Shown in pieces: positions 42,747 through 52,067 of a stretch of 64,000 bases of DNA (positions within the stretch are counted from its first letter, which is position 1; every line of letters begins with the position of its first letter). The stretch lies in the NCBI GenBank assembly GCA_963696385.1, contig CAVOKF010000001.1, forward strand, positions 96,001 through 160,000, in the 5' to 3' direction. Below the pieces are notes generated by a model. It made no database searches, had not been told where the DNA came from, and worked only from the letters and a program-made list of their open reading frames with translations. Both the position numbers and the translations under genes were made by a program. Source of the DNA: an uncultured delta proteobacterium. GTDB taxonomy: Bacteria > Myxococcota_A > Polyangia > Polyangiales > Polyangiaceae.

Positions 42747-43643
42747 ATGCGCCATTCGATCGTCTTCTATGTTGCGTTGGTCGCCGCTCCTCTCGGTATG
42801 GCGTGTGAGAAGGCAGGCGTAGAGGGACACGCGGACGCCAACAAATCGGACACGACGGTAGGCGCGGTTTCGTCGAATTCTGCGAAGGCGCTCGAAGACT
42901 ACCGCCACCAGAAGCAGACCGACCTCGAGTCGCTCGACAAGAGCATCACGGACCTGGAAGCGAAGGAGAAGGTCGCTGCCTCGAACGCCAAGATGGACCT
43001 GGACCGCTTGCTGCCTGCGCTCAAGGTACGGCGCGACGCGTTCATGAACGATCTGCGCGCGATCGACGCCACGGGCGCCGCGACTTGGGACTCGACCAAG
43101 GCACGCCTCGACAAGGAATGGGATGATCTCAAGGCGGCGACCGACAAGGCGACGAGCGTTGCGACTTCAGCGTTTGCAGCCACTCACAAACCTGGCGAGA
43201 TGACCTGTGCGGACTTTCTTGCGCTCGCTGACGTTGAAAAACCCAAGATCGTTTACTGGGCTGAAGGTTTCAACAAGAATGGCAGGGCGATCGACTCAGC
43301 CTTCGACATCGTTGAAACAGACCGATTGGTGCCCGTACTCGTAGCGGAGTGCGTGAAAACTCCAAAGGAATCGCTGTCGAAGGTAGTCCAGCAGCATCCC
43401 TCCGCGCCGAAACCGGCGACTGCGGCGAAACCGGCAAAAATGACGTGCGAGGAGTTTGTCGCGCTCGAGGACGTCGCAAAGCCAAAAGTCGTCTACTGGG
43501 CCGAAGGTTTCAACAAGGATGGCAAGGCCACCGATGCGGTCGTGGATATCGATGAAACGGATAGGTTAGTTCCCACGCTCATTAGGGAGTGCAAAGAGAC
43601 GCCCAAGCTCACGCTCTGGCAGAAAATCAAGAAATACTTTTGA
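42747..43643 (+). CDS. Lipoprotein with coiled-coil stalk and two tandem HdeA-like acid-chaperone domains
   Basis: AAGGAG RBS; lipobox-like GMA-C; two copies of MTCxxFxAL...YWAEGFNK.G...D....D.LVP.....C with 47 residues between the Cys, as in E. coli HdeA C18-C66. Confidence 0.85.
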   Translation: MRHSIVFYVALVAAPLGMACEKAGVEGHADANKSDTTVGAVSSNSAKALEDYRHQKQTDLESLDKSITDLEAKEKVAASNAKMDLDRLLPALKVRRDAFMNDLRAIDATGAATWDSTKARLDKEWDDLKAATDKATSVATSAFAATHKPGEMTCADFLALADVEKPKIVYWAEGFNKNGRAIDSAFDIVETDRLVPVLVAECVKTPKESLSKVVQQHPSAPKPATAAKPAKMTCEEFVALEDVAKPKVVYWAEGFNKDGKATDAVVDIDETDRLVPTLIRECKETPKLTLWQKIKKYF

Positions 43644-43699
43644 GGTCCGCCGGCCGAGTCACCGCACGGCCGATTTGGCTTCGATCGCGGCGGCGCGGT

Positions 43700-45484
43700 T
43701 CAGTCTTCGAAAATCTCCATACCGTCCGCGATGGCTTCGACGATGTGGGTTTTGGTCACGACCCCGCGAAACCTGGGCGCCCCATCCATCCGCTCGCCTT
43801 CGGTCGTGACCACGACAGCGAGATCGGCCTGGACCCGTTGCATGGCCGCGATGAGATCGAAAAGGGTCGTCCCGCTGCCGACCTCGACAAAGTCGTGGCG
43901 GACAACGTCCGCGAGGGACGTCGCCGCGAGGAGCGCGTCAGGGTGCTCTCGGACCCACTGTCGCGAAATGACCCCGACAATGTTTTCGCCGTCCACGATC
44001 ACCCAGTAAACGGGCCCCTCGGCTTGATCGTCGATGATCCGGAGCTCCGCAGCGGCCGTGGGAGGAAGTGCCGCTGCGGTCGCCATCGCCATGTCTGCGA
44101 CATGATGGACGAGGTACGCGTTCGCCTGGAGCGCTTCGGGCATGACGTGGCCGCGACGCGCGAGTTTCATCGTGTAGATGTTCTGCTGGAGGAGCAGCCG
44201 TCGCAAGCCGTGACTCACAGCCACGGTCAGCGTCATCGGGAGAACGACCGAATAGTCGAGTGTCATTTCGAAAGTCATCACGATCGCGGTCAGCGCCGCC
44301 CCCGTTGCGCCGGCGACCAGGCCCGCCATCCCCGCGAGGGCCAACGCAGCCGGATCGAACGGAAGTCCGGGGAAGAGCCCGTGCAGACATCGGCCGAACG
44401 CCCCTCCAAGCGTCGCGCCCATGAACAGCGAAGGAGAAAAGATCCCGCCCGACCCCCCCGACCCGAGCGTAAGCGACGTCGTCAGGAGCTTGAGCCCACC
44501 GAGAGCGACGAGCATCCACACGCTCGGAAGGGCACCCTTCAGGACATCGCCAATCGTCGCATACCCGACCCCTTCGACATAGTAATGGCCCCAGAACACC
44601 ATCGCGGCCTCGATCGTCAGGCCCACGCCGAGGGTGCCGACGATGTGGCGGGCGTAGTCGCCGCCGATCCACTTCTCGAACAGGTCTTCGGCGCCGTAGA
44701 GGGCGCGGATGAATGCCACCGCGACCCACGCCATCCCCGCGCCCAATACGACGTATGCGGGCAGCACCCCCACCGTCATCGACGCATGCACGGGAGGAAC
44801 CGTAAACGCCGGAGCGTCGCCGAAGAGCCTTTGGCCAATGAACGTGGCCGTTGCGGTCGAGAGCGCCACGGGTACGAGCGTTCGCACGCTGACTTCGTGC
44901 ATCAAGACTTCCACGGCGAAGAGGACCCCTCCGAGCGGTGTGTTGAACGTCGCGGCGATGCCGGCGCCTCCCCCCGCGGCGACCAGCGTCGCCCGCTGCC
45001 ATCGCGAGACGCGCGCGATGCCTCCGATCCACGAGGCGAAGGCCGCACTGATCTGGACAATGGGACCCTCACGCCCGACCGATCCTCCGCTTCCGATCGA
45101 AATGGCCGACGCCACGGATTTGACCGCCGCGACGATGGGTCGGATGACGGCCTTGCCGTAGTAGATGGCGTCCATCACTTCCGGCACGCCATGTCCCCTC
45201 GCCTCGGGGGCGAAGTTCTTGACAAGGAAGACAACGACGATGCCGCCCACGACCGGTGCCAGTACGATCGCCGGTCCCCAAGGACTCGGCGGCGTATGCA
45301 GACTGGTGTCGTAGCGAACGGAGAGATGCCCGAGAAAAAAGAGGTTGTGGATGAGGCTGATCAGCATCCGAAAGGCGTACGCCCCGAGGCCGGCGGCGAC
45401 GCCCAGAAGCACTGCGAGACACGAGAACGCGAACGGGCCCCGGGCCAAATGCGCGTCGGCGACGAGGCGCCTGGGCGCATGCAT
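43700..45484 (-). CDS. CLC-family Cl-/H+ transporter with degenerate CBS pair
   Basis: GHGVP, GREGP, FNTPLGGVLFAVE, GGIFSP, NIYT; start uncertain. Confidence 0.93.
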   Translation of the reverse strand: MHAPRRLVADAHLARGPFAFSCLAVLLGVAAGLGAYAFRMLISLIHNLFFLGHLSVRYDTSLHTPPSPWGPAIVLAPVVGGIVVVFLVKNFAPEARGHGVPEVMDAIYYGKAVIRPIVAAVKSVASAISIGSGGSVGREGPIVQISAAFASWIGGIARVSRWQRATLVAAGGGAGIAATFNTPLGGVLFAVEVLMHEVSVRTLVPVALSTATATFIGQRLFGDAPAFTVPPVHASMTVGVLPAYVVLGAGMAWVAVAFIRALYGAEDLFEKWIGGDYARHIVGTLGVGLTIEAAMVFWGHYYVEGVGYATIGDVLKGALPSVWMLVALGGLKLLTTSLTLGSGGSGGIFSPSLFMGATLGGAFGRCLHGLFPGLPFDPAALALAGMAGLVAGATGAALTAIVMTFEMTLDYSVVLPMTLTVAVSHGLRRLLLQQNIYTMKLARRGHVMPEALQANAYLVHHVADMAMATAAALPPTAAAELRIIDDQAEGPVYWVIVDGENIVGVISRQWVREHPDALLAATSLADVVRHDFVEVGSGTTLFDLIAAMQRVQADLAVVVTTEGERMDGAPRFRGVVTKTHIVEAIADGMEIFED

Positions 45485-45628
45485 CGCGCGAACGGCACCG
45501 TGGGTCGACTGAACGGTCACCGACGGTGAGACCTTGACGTTACCGGGCACCGCTGGTCGGCCATGCACGGTCGCGCGAGCGAAACACCTCGGGCACGGTA
45601 GCACACCACGTCCCTCCAGCGGGACCGT

Positions 45629-47056
45629 TCACGACCGCGACCGTGCGATGGACTGGCTCGTCGCCCACGCCAGGAGAGCGGCCCCAAAGCATGGCGCGAG
45701 CGCCGCAAGCGATCGCAGCGCGACCCGAAAAACCGTCGTCCCACACCCGGAGTGCGCGAGGTGGACCACAGACCACACCGCATCCACCGCCGCGGCTGCC
45801 GTGGTGCACGCAAGACGCGCCGGGCGGGGACGTACCGCGCTTCGGAAGAGCTGTGCAGCGAGCAGCAGGTCAAATCCGATCCAGGCGATGAGAATGTCGC
45901 GAGAGACCCCCGATTCGTTCGAGTAACCGAATGCGACCAGCCCAGCCAGGAGGCCTATCCATGGCACCAGGGGCAGGGCGAGCACCAAAGGCGGTGCGCT
46001 CGGGTGGCGCGCGATCGAACGCAGGGCAAACGCAAGCAAGGAGCCCCCCGCAAAGGCGCGCAAGGATTCGACGACGTGCGCGGTCGGGCACTCGCCGTTC
46101 GGGAATACGAGCCACACGTCTTGCCAAAGGCAGGGTCGCAGTCGCTGCTTGAAGGCATGAAGCCCGTAACAATCGTAAAGAGGCCGGAAAATGAACCGGG
46201 CGCATCGCAACCAGTACGACACGGGGCCGGCCAATGGCGCGAGCCCGAGCGTGACAAATGCGCTGTCGCGCGATTCGCACATCATCGTATCCAGGAGCAA
46301 CTCGGTCGTGCCGTTCGGCGCTCGCCGGCTCCGCACGATGTCCTCCACCAACCAGCCCCGCGTCGCATGAATCGGCACGGCCGAAAGAAACTCGACGATT
46401 CGCCCATCCCACTCCGCCACGTAGTACCGATGGTCGCAGGGCACGTGAAACGGCTCGACCGAGACCAAGAAGGCCATCGGCGCGATGTGACGCGACGCCA
46501 ACCATTCCTTGGCGAGCGATTCCACTTCGGACCGCAACGGTGAACCGCGATCCAGCTCGCCCGCATCCATGCGGCGAACGCGCACGCCCTTCGCTTTGGC
46601 GCGTCGGATTTGCTCGCGGAGGCTCCGATGCTGGCCCCGTTTGGCGATCCACTCTGCGGGCCGCCAAAGGGGCTGCTGACCGAGCAGAAGGGACGCAAAG
46701 CCCTCGATGTTGGAGGTCTCGGTTGCAAAAAAACACGCGCTCCGGCCGTTCGCCTTCGCGCTGCATAGAAATGCCATGGCCGCATTGGAGACGCACGACG
46801 CATCCACCAGTGGCCGCCCAGCCGCAATCCACGCACGCCCGCTGTCCACGTACGCCACGCACGCTCGGTCCGTACCCATCGAGCCCTCGTCGAACCAGTA
46901 ACGCATGCCCGATTCGACGGAGAGGAACGACACAGCGTCGGCGCCGAACCGCCGCAGCAGAACAAGGAGCCGTTCGCGTTCGCGCAAGCGCGTTTCGAGG
47001 GAACCTCGCGTTCGGATTTCGCCGTCGCCGTTGCCTGAGAAGCCGATCGCGTGCAC
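45629..47056 (-). CDS. DUF2156 / MprF-like aminoacyl-phosphatidylglycerol synthase domain with C-terminal TM helices
   Basis: WIAAGRPL, SLREQIRRA, IVEFLS, RSRRAPNGTTELL, TLGLAPLA, YDCYGLHAFKQRLRP..WQ. Confidence 0.85.
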   Translation of the reverse strand: MHAIGFSGNGDGEIRTRGSLETRLRERERLLVLLRRFGADAVSFLSVESGMRYWFDEGSMGTDRACVAYVDSGRAWIAAGRPLVDASCVSNAAMAFLCSAKANGRSACFFATETSNIEGFASLLLGQQPLWRPAEWIAKRGQHRSLREQIRRAKAKGVRVRRMDAGELDRGSPLRSEVESLAKEWLASRHIAPMAFLVSVEPFHVPCDHRYYVAEWDGRIVEFLSAVPIHATRGWLVEDIVRSRRAPNGTTELLLDTMMCESRDSAFVTLGLAPLAGPVSYWLRCARFIFRPLYDCYGLHAFKQRLRPCLWQDVWLVFPNGECPTAHVVESLRAFAGGSLLAFALRSIARHPSAPPLVLALPLVPWIGLLAGLVAFGYSNESGVSRDILIAWIGFDLLLAAQLFRSAVRPRPARLACTTAAAAVDAVWSVVHLAHSGCGTTVFRVALRSLAALAPCFGAALLAWATSQSIARSRS

Positions 47057-47430
47057 GGTCCGCCCTCTGTCTTACCAGCACCATGCGCTGACGCGCCGCT
47101 CGTAACGGATTGCTCGTGGCGGACGCATGCGTCGAGCTTCCCGAGCGATAGCCGATCCATCCGCGCACCAGGCTCGGACAGGTCGTCTCCGCCGTGAGCC
47201 GCGAGGGTGGCCGAGGATGCAGAGGGACAAGAGGCCGCGCAAGCCAGGCGCTCACGAGTTCGACCGGAATGGAAACCTGTTTCACCCGGGACTACGGTGG
47301 GCGCCGATCGCGCATGAGCTCACGATGACGGTGCCTGGAAACGGCGAAGTGCCAGCTCGTTCTGCGGGTCTGCGGCCGTTGAGAGGAATCGTGACCCGGG
47401 CGGTCGATTCGAGCGAGCCACTCCGGTGGC

Positions 47431-49254
47431 CTCCAACTGCTCGGGCGTACGCTCCTGACCGCGGCGCTCGTGGGGGTCGCGGCCGGCTTGGTCGGATCCT
47501 TCTTCTATGCCGGTGTCGAAATCGTCGAACGGATCGTCCTGGAGCGCTGGTGCGGATACGTCCCGCTGCGCGCCGCAGGTGAGCCGGTCGCGCGAGCGAC
47601 CGCCGAAGCTCCGTTTCGGGGCTGGCTCGTCTGGTTGGTGCCCGCCGTCGGCGCCCTTGGGGCCGGCCTCATCACTCGGTTGGCGCCGGAGGCGCGGGGC
47701 GGCGGCGCGGACGCCATCATCGAGGCCTTTCACTCGCACCGCGGACTCGTCCGGCGGCGCGTTCCGCTCGTCAAAGCCGTCGCGTCGATTCTAACCCTCG
47801 GATTCGGTGGATCCGGCGGTCGCGAAGGGCCGACGATGCAAATGGGCGGCGGCATCGGATCGGTGATTGGCCAATATCTTCGCGCAACCGATCGTGAGCG
47901 GCGCGTTTTGCTCGTGGCGGGGACCGCGGCGGGCATGGCTGCCGTGTTCCGAACGCCGCTCGGCGCGGCCTTGCTCGCGGTCGAAGTGCTGCACCGGGAC
48001 GATTTCGAGGCCGAAGCGCTCGTCCCGTCGGTTTTGGCCAGTGTGGTCGCCTACTCGGTCTTCATTTCCATTTTTGGCGAGTCGACGCTATTCGTACACG
48101 CTGCCAAGTACCCGTTCGTTCCGCAGCACCTGCCGCTCTATGCGCTACTCGCCGTCCTCGTCTCGGCCATTGCGGCGATGTTCCTGGTCGTGCTGCGCAC
48201 GACGCAGGCGTACACCGCAAGGGTGCGGATCGCCGATTGGGCGAAGCCCGCCCTGGGTGGGCTTCTTCTCGGCGCAGCGGCCGTGCCGGTGATCCTCTTC
48301 GTAGGTCGGCAACTCGGGCGCGACGGAATGGGACTCGGAATTCTGGGCGGCGGCTACGGCGCAGCCCAACTGGCGATCACAGGAGCCCCTTGGTTTCCGG
48401 GCGGCTGGCGCGCCGTGGAGCTCCTGGTCCTACTCGGCTTCGCCAAGATCTTTGCGACTGCGCTTACCGTGGGAACCGGCGGAAGCGCCGGGGACTTCGG
48501 TCCATCGCTCGTCATCGGCGGCATCTTCGGGGGAGCGTTTGGTCGAGCGGCCCAACTGTTGCTTCATGACCCGCGAATCGATCCCGGCGCATTTGCGCTC
48601 GTCGGGATGGGAACATTCTACGGGGGACTGGCCCATGTCCCCATCGCATCTCTCGTCATGGTGTGCGAACTCACAGGCAGTTACGACCTGCTCGTGCCGC
48701 TGATGCTGGCCAACGGGGTGAGCTTCATCGCGCTCCGCAATCGCTCGCTTTACCACGCGCAGCCGGCGACGCGCCGGGACTCGCCTGCGCATCGCGGCGA
48801 GCTCATTCTCGACGTCCTGCGCGACATACGTGTCGGCGACGTCTTGGTGAAGGGGCGCCCGTACGCGGTCTTCCAGGCCACTGCTCCTGCCACCGAGGTC
48901 ATTCACGAAGTAGCCGGTGCACAATGGCAAGACGTCTTTCCGGTGATCTCGTCGAACGGAGCGGTCGTCGGAGTGATCACGAGCGACATCCTCCGCACGA
49001 TTGTACAAGAACCGAGCATTGCCGAATGGGCGATCGCGCACGACATGATGCTGGCTCCAGTCATCGTGCACGACAGCGCCGATGTGAGCAGCGCGCTCGA
49101 AATTTTGCTCTCGCACAGCGCCCGAGAAGTCGTGGTCGTGGACGACGATGGACACATCGTCGGCTTTCTCGACGAAGCCGAGATCTCGCGCCTGCACCAT
49201 CGATCGACACACGCCATCGACCTGTCCGACCGATCCGTCACGGGGGCCCCCTAA
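47431..49254 (+). CDS. Second CLC-family transporter with CBS pair; 5' end possibly frameshifted
   Basis: GGGAD, GREGP, FRTPLGAALLAVE, GDFGP, SLYHAQ. Frame continues upstream of GTG 47470 (LQLLGRTLLTAAL) to a stop at 47392. Confidence 0.9.
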   Translation, partial: LQLLGRTLLTAALVGVAAGLVGSFFYAGVEIVERIVLERWCGYVPLRAAGEPVARATAEAPFRGWLVWLVPAVGALGAGLITRLAPEARGGGADAIIEAFHSHRGLVRRRVPLVKAVASILTLGFGGSGGREGPTMQMGGGIGSVIGQYLRATDRERRVLLVAGTAAGMAAVFRTPLGAALLAVEVLHRDDFEAEALVPSVLASVVAYSVFISIFGESTLFVHAAKYPFVPQHLPLYALLAVLVSAIAAMFLVVLRTTQAYTARVRIADWAKPALGGLLLGAAAVPVILFVGRQLGRDGMGLGILGGGYGAAQLAITGAPWFPGGWRAVELLVLLGFAKIFATALTVGTGGSAGDFGPSLVIGGIFGGAFGRAAQLLLHDPRIDPGAFALVGMGTFYGGLAHVPIASLVMVCELTGSYDLLVPLMLANGVSFIALRNRSLYHAQPATRRDSPAHRGELILDVLRDIRVGDVLVKGRPYAVFQATAPATEVIHEVAGAQWQDVFPVISSNGAVVGVITSDILRTIVQEPSIAEWAIAHDMMLAPVIVHDSADVSSALEILLSHSAREVVVVDDDGHIVGFLDEAEISRLHHRSTHAIDLSDRSVTGAP

Positions 49255-49439
49255 TGGCGATTTCGGCTGCGGGGACCTGGACGTCGCGTCGGGCGTCTCT
49301 GCGATGGCAGGCGGTGTCTAGGGGGGTCTCGTTTCCGCTGCTGCGGCGTCCGACTCAAGCTTGGCCGGATCCACTCGCGGCGGCTCGCCGGGAAGTTTTT
49401 TTCAGGTTCATCCTGGTCCCAGGCCGATAGACTGCGCGC

Positions 49440-50471
49440 GTGCGACGGGTGGCTCGATACTCCGGTGTCCGCTTGGCTCTGCTGACCGCGACCCTGTGCC
49501 TTTTGGGTTGCGCTGGCCCGGGACGTGTGCAGTACGACGGGGGTGGCTGCCTCAAGGATGGGCGGCGGCTGACGATTCGGGATGTCGAATCGGACCAGGC
49601 CGAGGTGGCCCGCCGAATCGCCTCGCGTCAGCCCTGGTTCGCGGTGATCACGATTGGCGTCGTCCTTCTCGCCGCAGCCGGCAACGCCGAGAAGGGCCTG
49701 CTGCTCGTCCGCGCCCGACACGCCGAGGGGCATCGTCCCCTCACCGATCGGCTCCGGGAAGTTCTTGCCCGGCAGCGGGAGAACCCTGTTCTGTTCTCGG
49801 CGATCGTGGGCGGCTCGTTGGCCCTCATCGGCGTCGCCAGCGTCGCGTACATTTACCTCGACATCGACAAGCGCGCGAGCGAACGAGCGCTCGAGATGCT
49901 TCAGTTTTGCCATCTTGCGCTCCGCACCCAAGAGGAGGAGGGCGTCCTCAACGATCAGCGACACAACCTCGAGTCCATTCAGTCGACCGCCGGCGACATC
50001 CGCTCGCTCGTGGACAAGCTGCCGCCCGACCAGCAGCGCAAGGCTCAGTTGATCGTCGATCAGATGAACGAGGCGCTCGCGAAACAAGGCAAGATCGTGG
50101 GCGAGTACGTGGAGCGTACGGACGAGGCGCAGAAGGACTTGAGCGCCCACACGATGGCGATGGAGAAGGGACTGGCCTCGGTCGACGGCAAACTGGCGGA
50201 CCTCCGGTCGGTACCCACGAACCTGCGGGACTTGGAGAGCGCTGCCCATCGCATCGACGAGACAACCAGTTCGGTGGACTCGCGCTTGCGCGACCTGCGC
50301 GCCGGCATCGCGGACGTGGACGCCAAGCTCGAAACGTTGCTTGCGCGCCCCGCCTGTGCCGCGCCTCGTGTCTCGCCCGAGGCCTCCGCCTCCGCTTCGG
50401 CTGTCGCCGCGCCGGTGCCGCGGTCGCGAACCCGGGACGGCGGCCTGGACGGGGGAAGGAGCTTGCCCTAA
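49440..50471 (+). CDS. Hypothetical membrane protein (lipobox-like signal, 2 TM, long coiled coil)
   Basis: LLG-C, two hydrophobic segments, heptad-rich C-terminal half. Confidence 0.7.
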   Translation: MRRVARYSGVRLALLTATLCLLGCAGPGRVQYDGGGCLKDGRRLTIRDVESDQAEVARRIASRQPWFAVITIGVVLLAAAGNAEKGLLLVRARHAEGHRPLTDRLREVLARQRENPVLFSAIVGGSLALIGVASVAYIYLDIDKRASERALEMLQFCHLALRTQEEEGVLNDQRHNLESIQSTAGDIRSLVDKLPPDQQRKAQLIVDQMNEALAKQGKIVGEYVERTDEAQKDLSAHTMAMEKGLASVDGKLADLRSVPTNLRDLESAAHRIDETTSSVDSRLRDLRAGIADVDAKLETLLARPACAAPRVSPEASASASAVAAPVPRSRTRDGGLDGGRSLP

Positions 50472-50600
50472 CGCCACTGGAGGTACGAACGCGGCTTGCC
50501 ACCCTGCCGTTTTGGGGGGGGCCGGACTGCCGTGGGTGGCGGGGACGAAAGATCGCGCCTTGTCGCCCAAAAATCTGTGTTCATCTCGCCTCGGAACGCG

Positions 50601-52067
50601 ATGACGATCGCCACCAAGTTCACTCTCGCCCTGCTCGCGTGTGTCATCGTCGCGGTGATGAGCTACGCGACTCTGGCGGTGCGGAGCGAGCTGACTCGTT
50701 CGGAGTTGGGCATTGTCGAGCACGAGGCTGCGACCGCTCATGCCCTTCGGCCGGCGATTCGCGACGTATGGCTGCATGACGGAGAGCCTCGCGCCCTGCA
50801 GCTCGTCGAAGAGGCACGGCAGCGCCTCCGTAACGTGGACGTCCGGCTCGTTTCGCTCGACCCCGCCGCGCCTTCCGGGAAGAGGCCACGGATCGACGTG
50901 CTCCGACTGGCGGGGCTTGAGGATGGACACGACGTCGTCGTGGTCGATCGCCACTTCGAAAAAGCCGGTCGAATCTTCACCTATGTCGGGGTGCCCTTGG
51001 CGACGTCGGCGGCCACGGCGATCGAAGTGTCGCAGTCGCTCGCCGGTCACGCCGCGGTCCGCCGCGAGGTCTTGCGCAGCGCGGGCCTCACGGCGCTCGT
51101 CATCGCCGCCGCGGCCGGAGTCGTCACCTCGTTGCTCGGCCTGGTCCTGATCGGCCGACCGCTCGCGGAGCTCGTCGCGCAGGCCCACCGCATCAGTGAG
51201 GGAGACCTGTCGTACCGCATCGCGATTCGGCGGCGTGATGAGATCGCCAAGCTCGGGGATGCCATGAACCGCATGTGCGAGCGTCTTCGCGAGGCGCGTG
51301 AGAGTGAGCGGGCGCAGGCGAACGCCAAGATGCGCGCCCTCTCGCAACTTCGGCACGCCGACCGCCTCGCCACCGTCGGACGGCTCGCGGCCGGCCTCGC
51401 GCACGAGCTCGGGACCCCGCTCAACATCGTCCAGGCCCGTGCCCGGCAGGTGGCCGGCGGCTCGCTCGCCCCTCCGGACGCGAGCGAGAAGGCCCGCATC
51501 ATCGTCGAACAGGTCGGGCGAATGACGAAGCTCATCCGGCAGCTTCTCGACTTTGCGCGCAAGGGCGAGCTGCAGCCGGTCGACGTGGATATTCGGGCCC
51601 TCGTCGACCGCGCCGTGACGCTTCTCGAGCCCATTGTGCGGAAAAGCGGCGTGTCGTTGGCCGTCGCGGGCGGCACGGAGCCCCTTCACGGCCACATCGA
51701 TCCAGAACAGATGACCCAGGTCGTCCTGAATCTCTTGATGAATGCGCTGCACGCGACCGAGTCGGGAAAGGCGGTCTCGATCGCCCTGGGCCGCGGCCGT
51801 GCCATTCCTCCGGCCGATGACGGACGAGGCGAGCAGCCCTGCCTGCGTATCGAGGTCCGCGACGAGGGGGCCGGGATTGCTTTGGAGGCCCTGCCGCGAA
51901 TTTTCGAGCCCTTCTTCACCACGAAAGACGTCGGCGAGGGCACGGGGCTCGGGCTGTCCGTGGCGTACGGCATCGTGAAGGATCACGGCGGGTGGATCGA
52001 TGTGGCCAGCGAGGTCGGACAAGGCAGCACCTTCACCGTGTGGCTGCCGGACGCGGGGCGATCGTGA
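50601..52067 (+). CDS. HAMP-domain sensor histidine kinase (NtrB-like)
   Basis: 2 TM, HAMP (RDEI..L..AMN.M), AGLAHELGTPL, NLLMNA, DEGAG, FEPFFTTK..GEGTGLGL. Confidence 0.95.
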   Translation: MTIATKFTLALLACVIVAVMSYATLAVRSELTRSELGIVEHEAATAHALRPAIRDVWLHDGEPRALQLVEEARQRLRNVDVRLVSLDPAAPSGKRPRIDVLRLAGLEDGHDVVVVDRHFEKAGRIFTYVGVPLATSAATAIEVSQSLAGHAAVRREVLRSAGLTALVIAAAAGVVTSLLGLVLIGRPLAELVAQAHRISEGDLSYRIAIRRRDEIAKLGDAMNRMCERLREARESERAQANAKMRALSQLRHADRLATVGRLAAGLAHELGTPLNIVQARARQVAGGSLAPPDASEKARIIVEQVGRMTKLIRQLLDFARKGELQPVDVDIRALVDRAVTLLEPIVRKSGVSLAVAGGTEPLHGHIDPEQMTQVVLNLLMNALHATESGKAVSIALGRGRAIPPADDGRGEQPCLRIEVRDEGAGIALEALPRIFEPFFTTKDVGEGTGLGLSVAYGIVKDHGGWIDVASEVGQGSTFTVWLPDAGRS

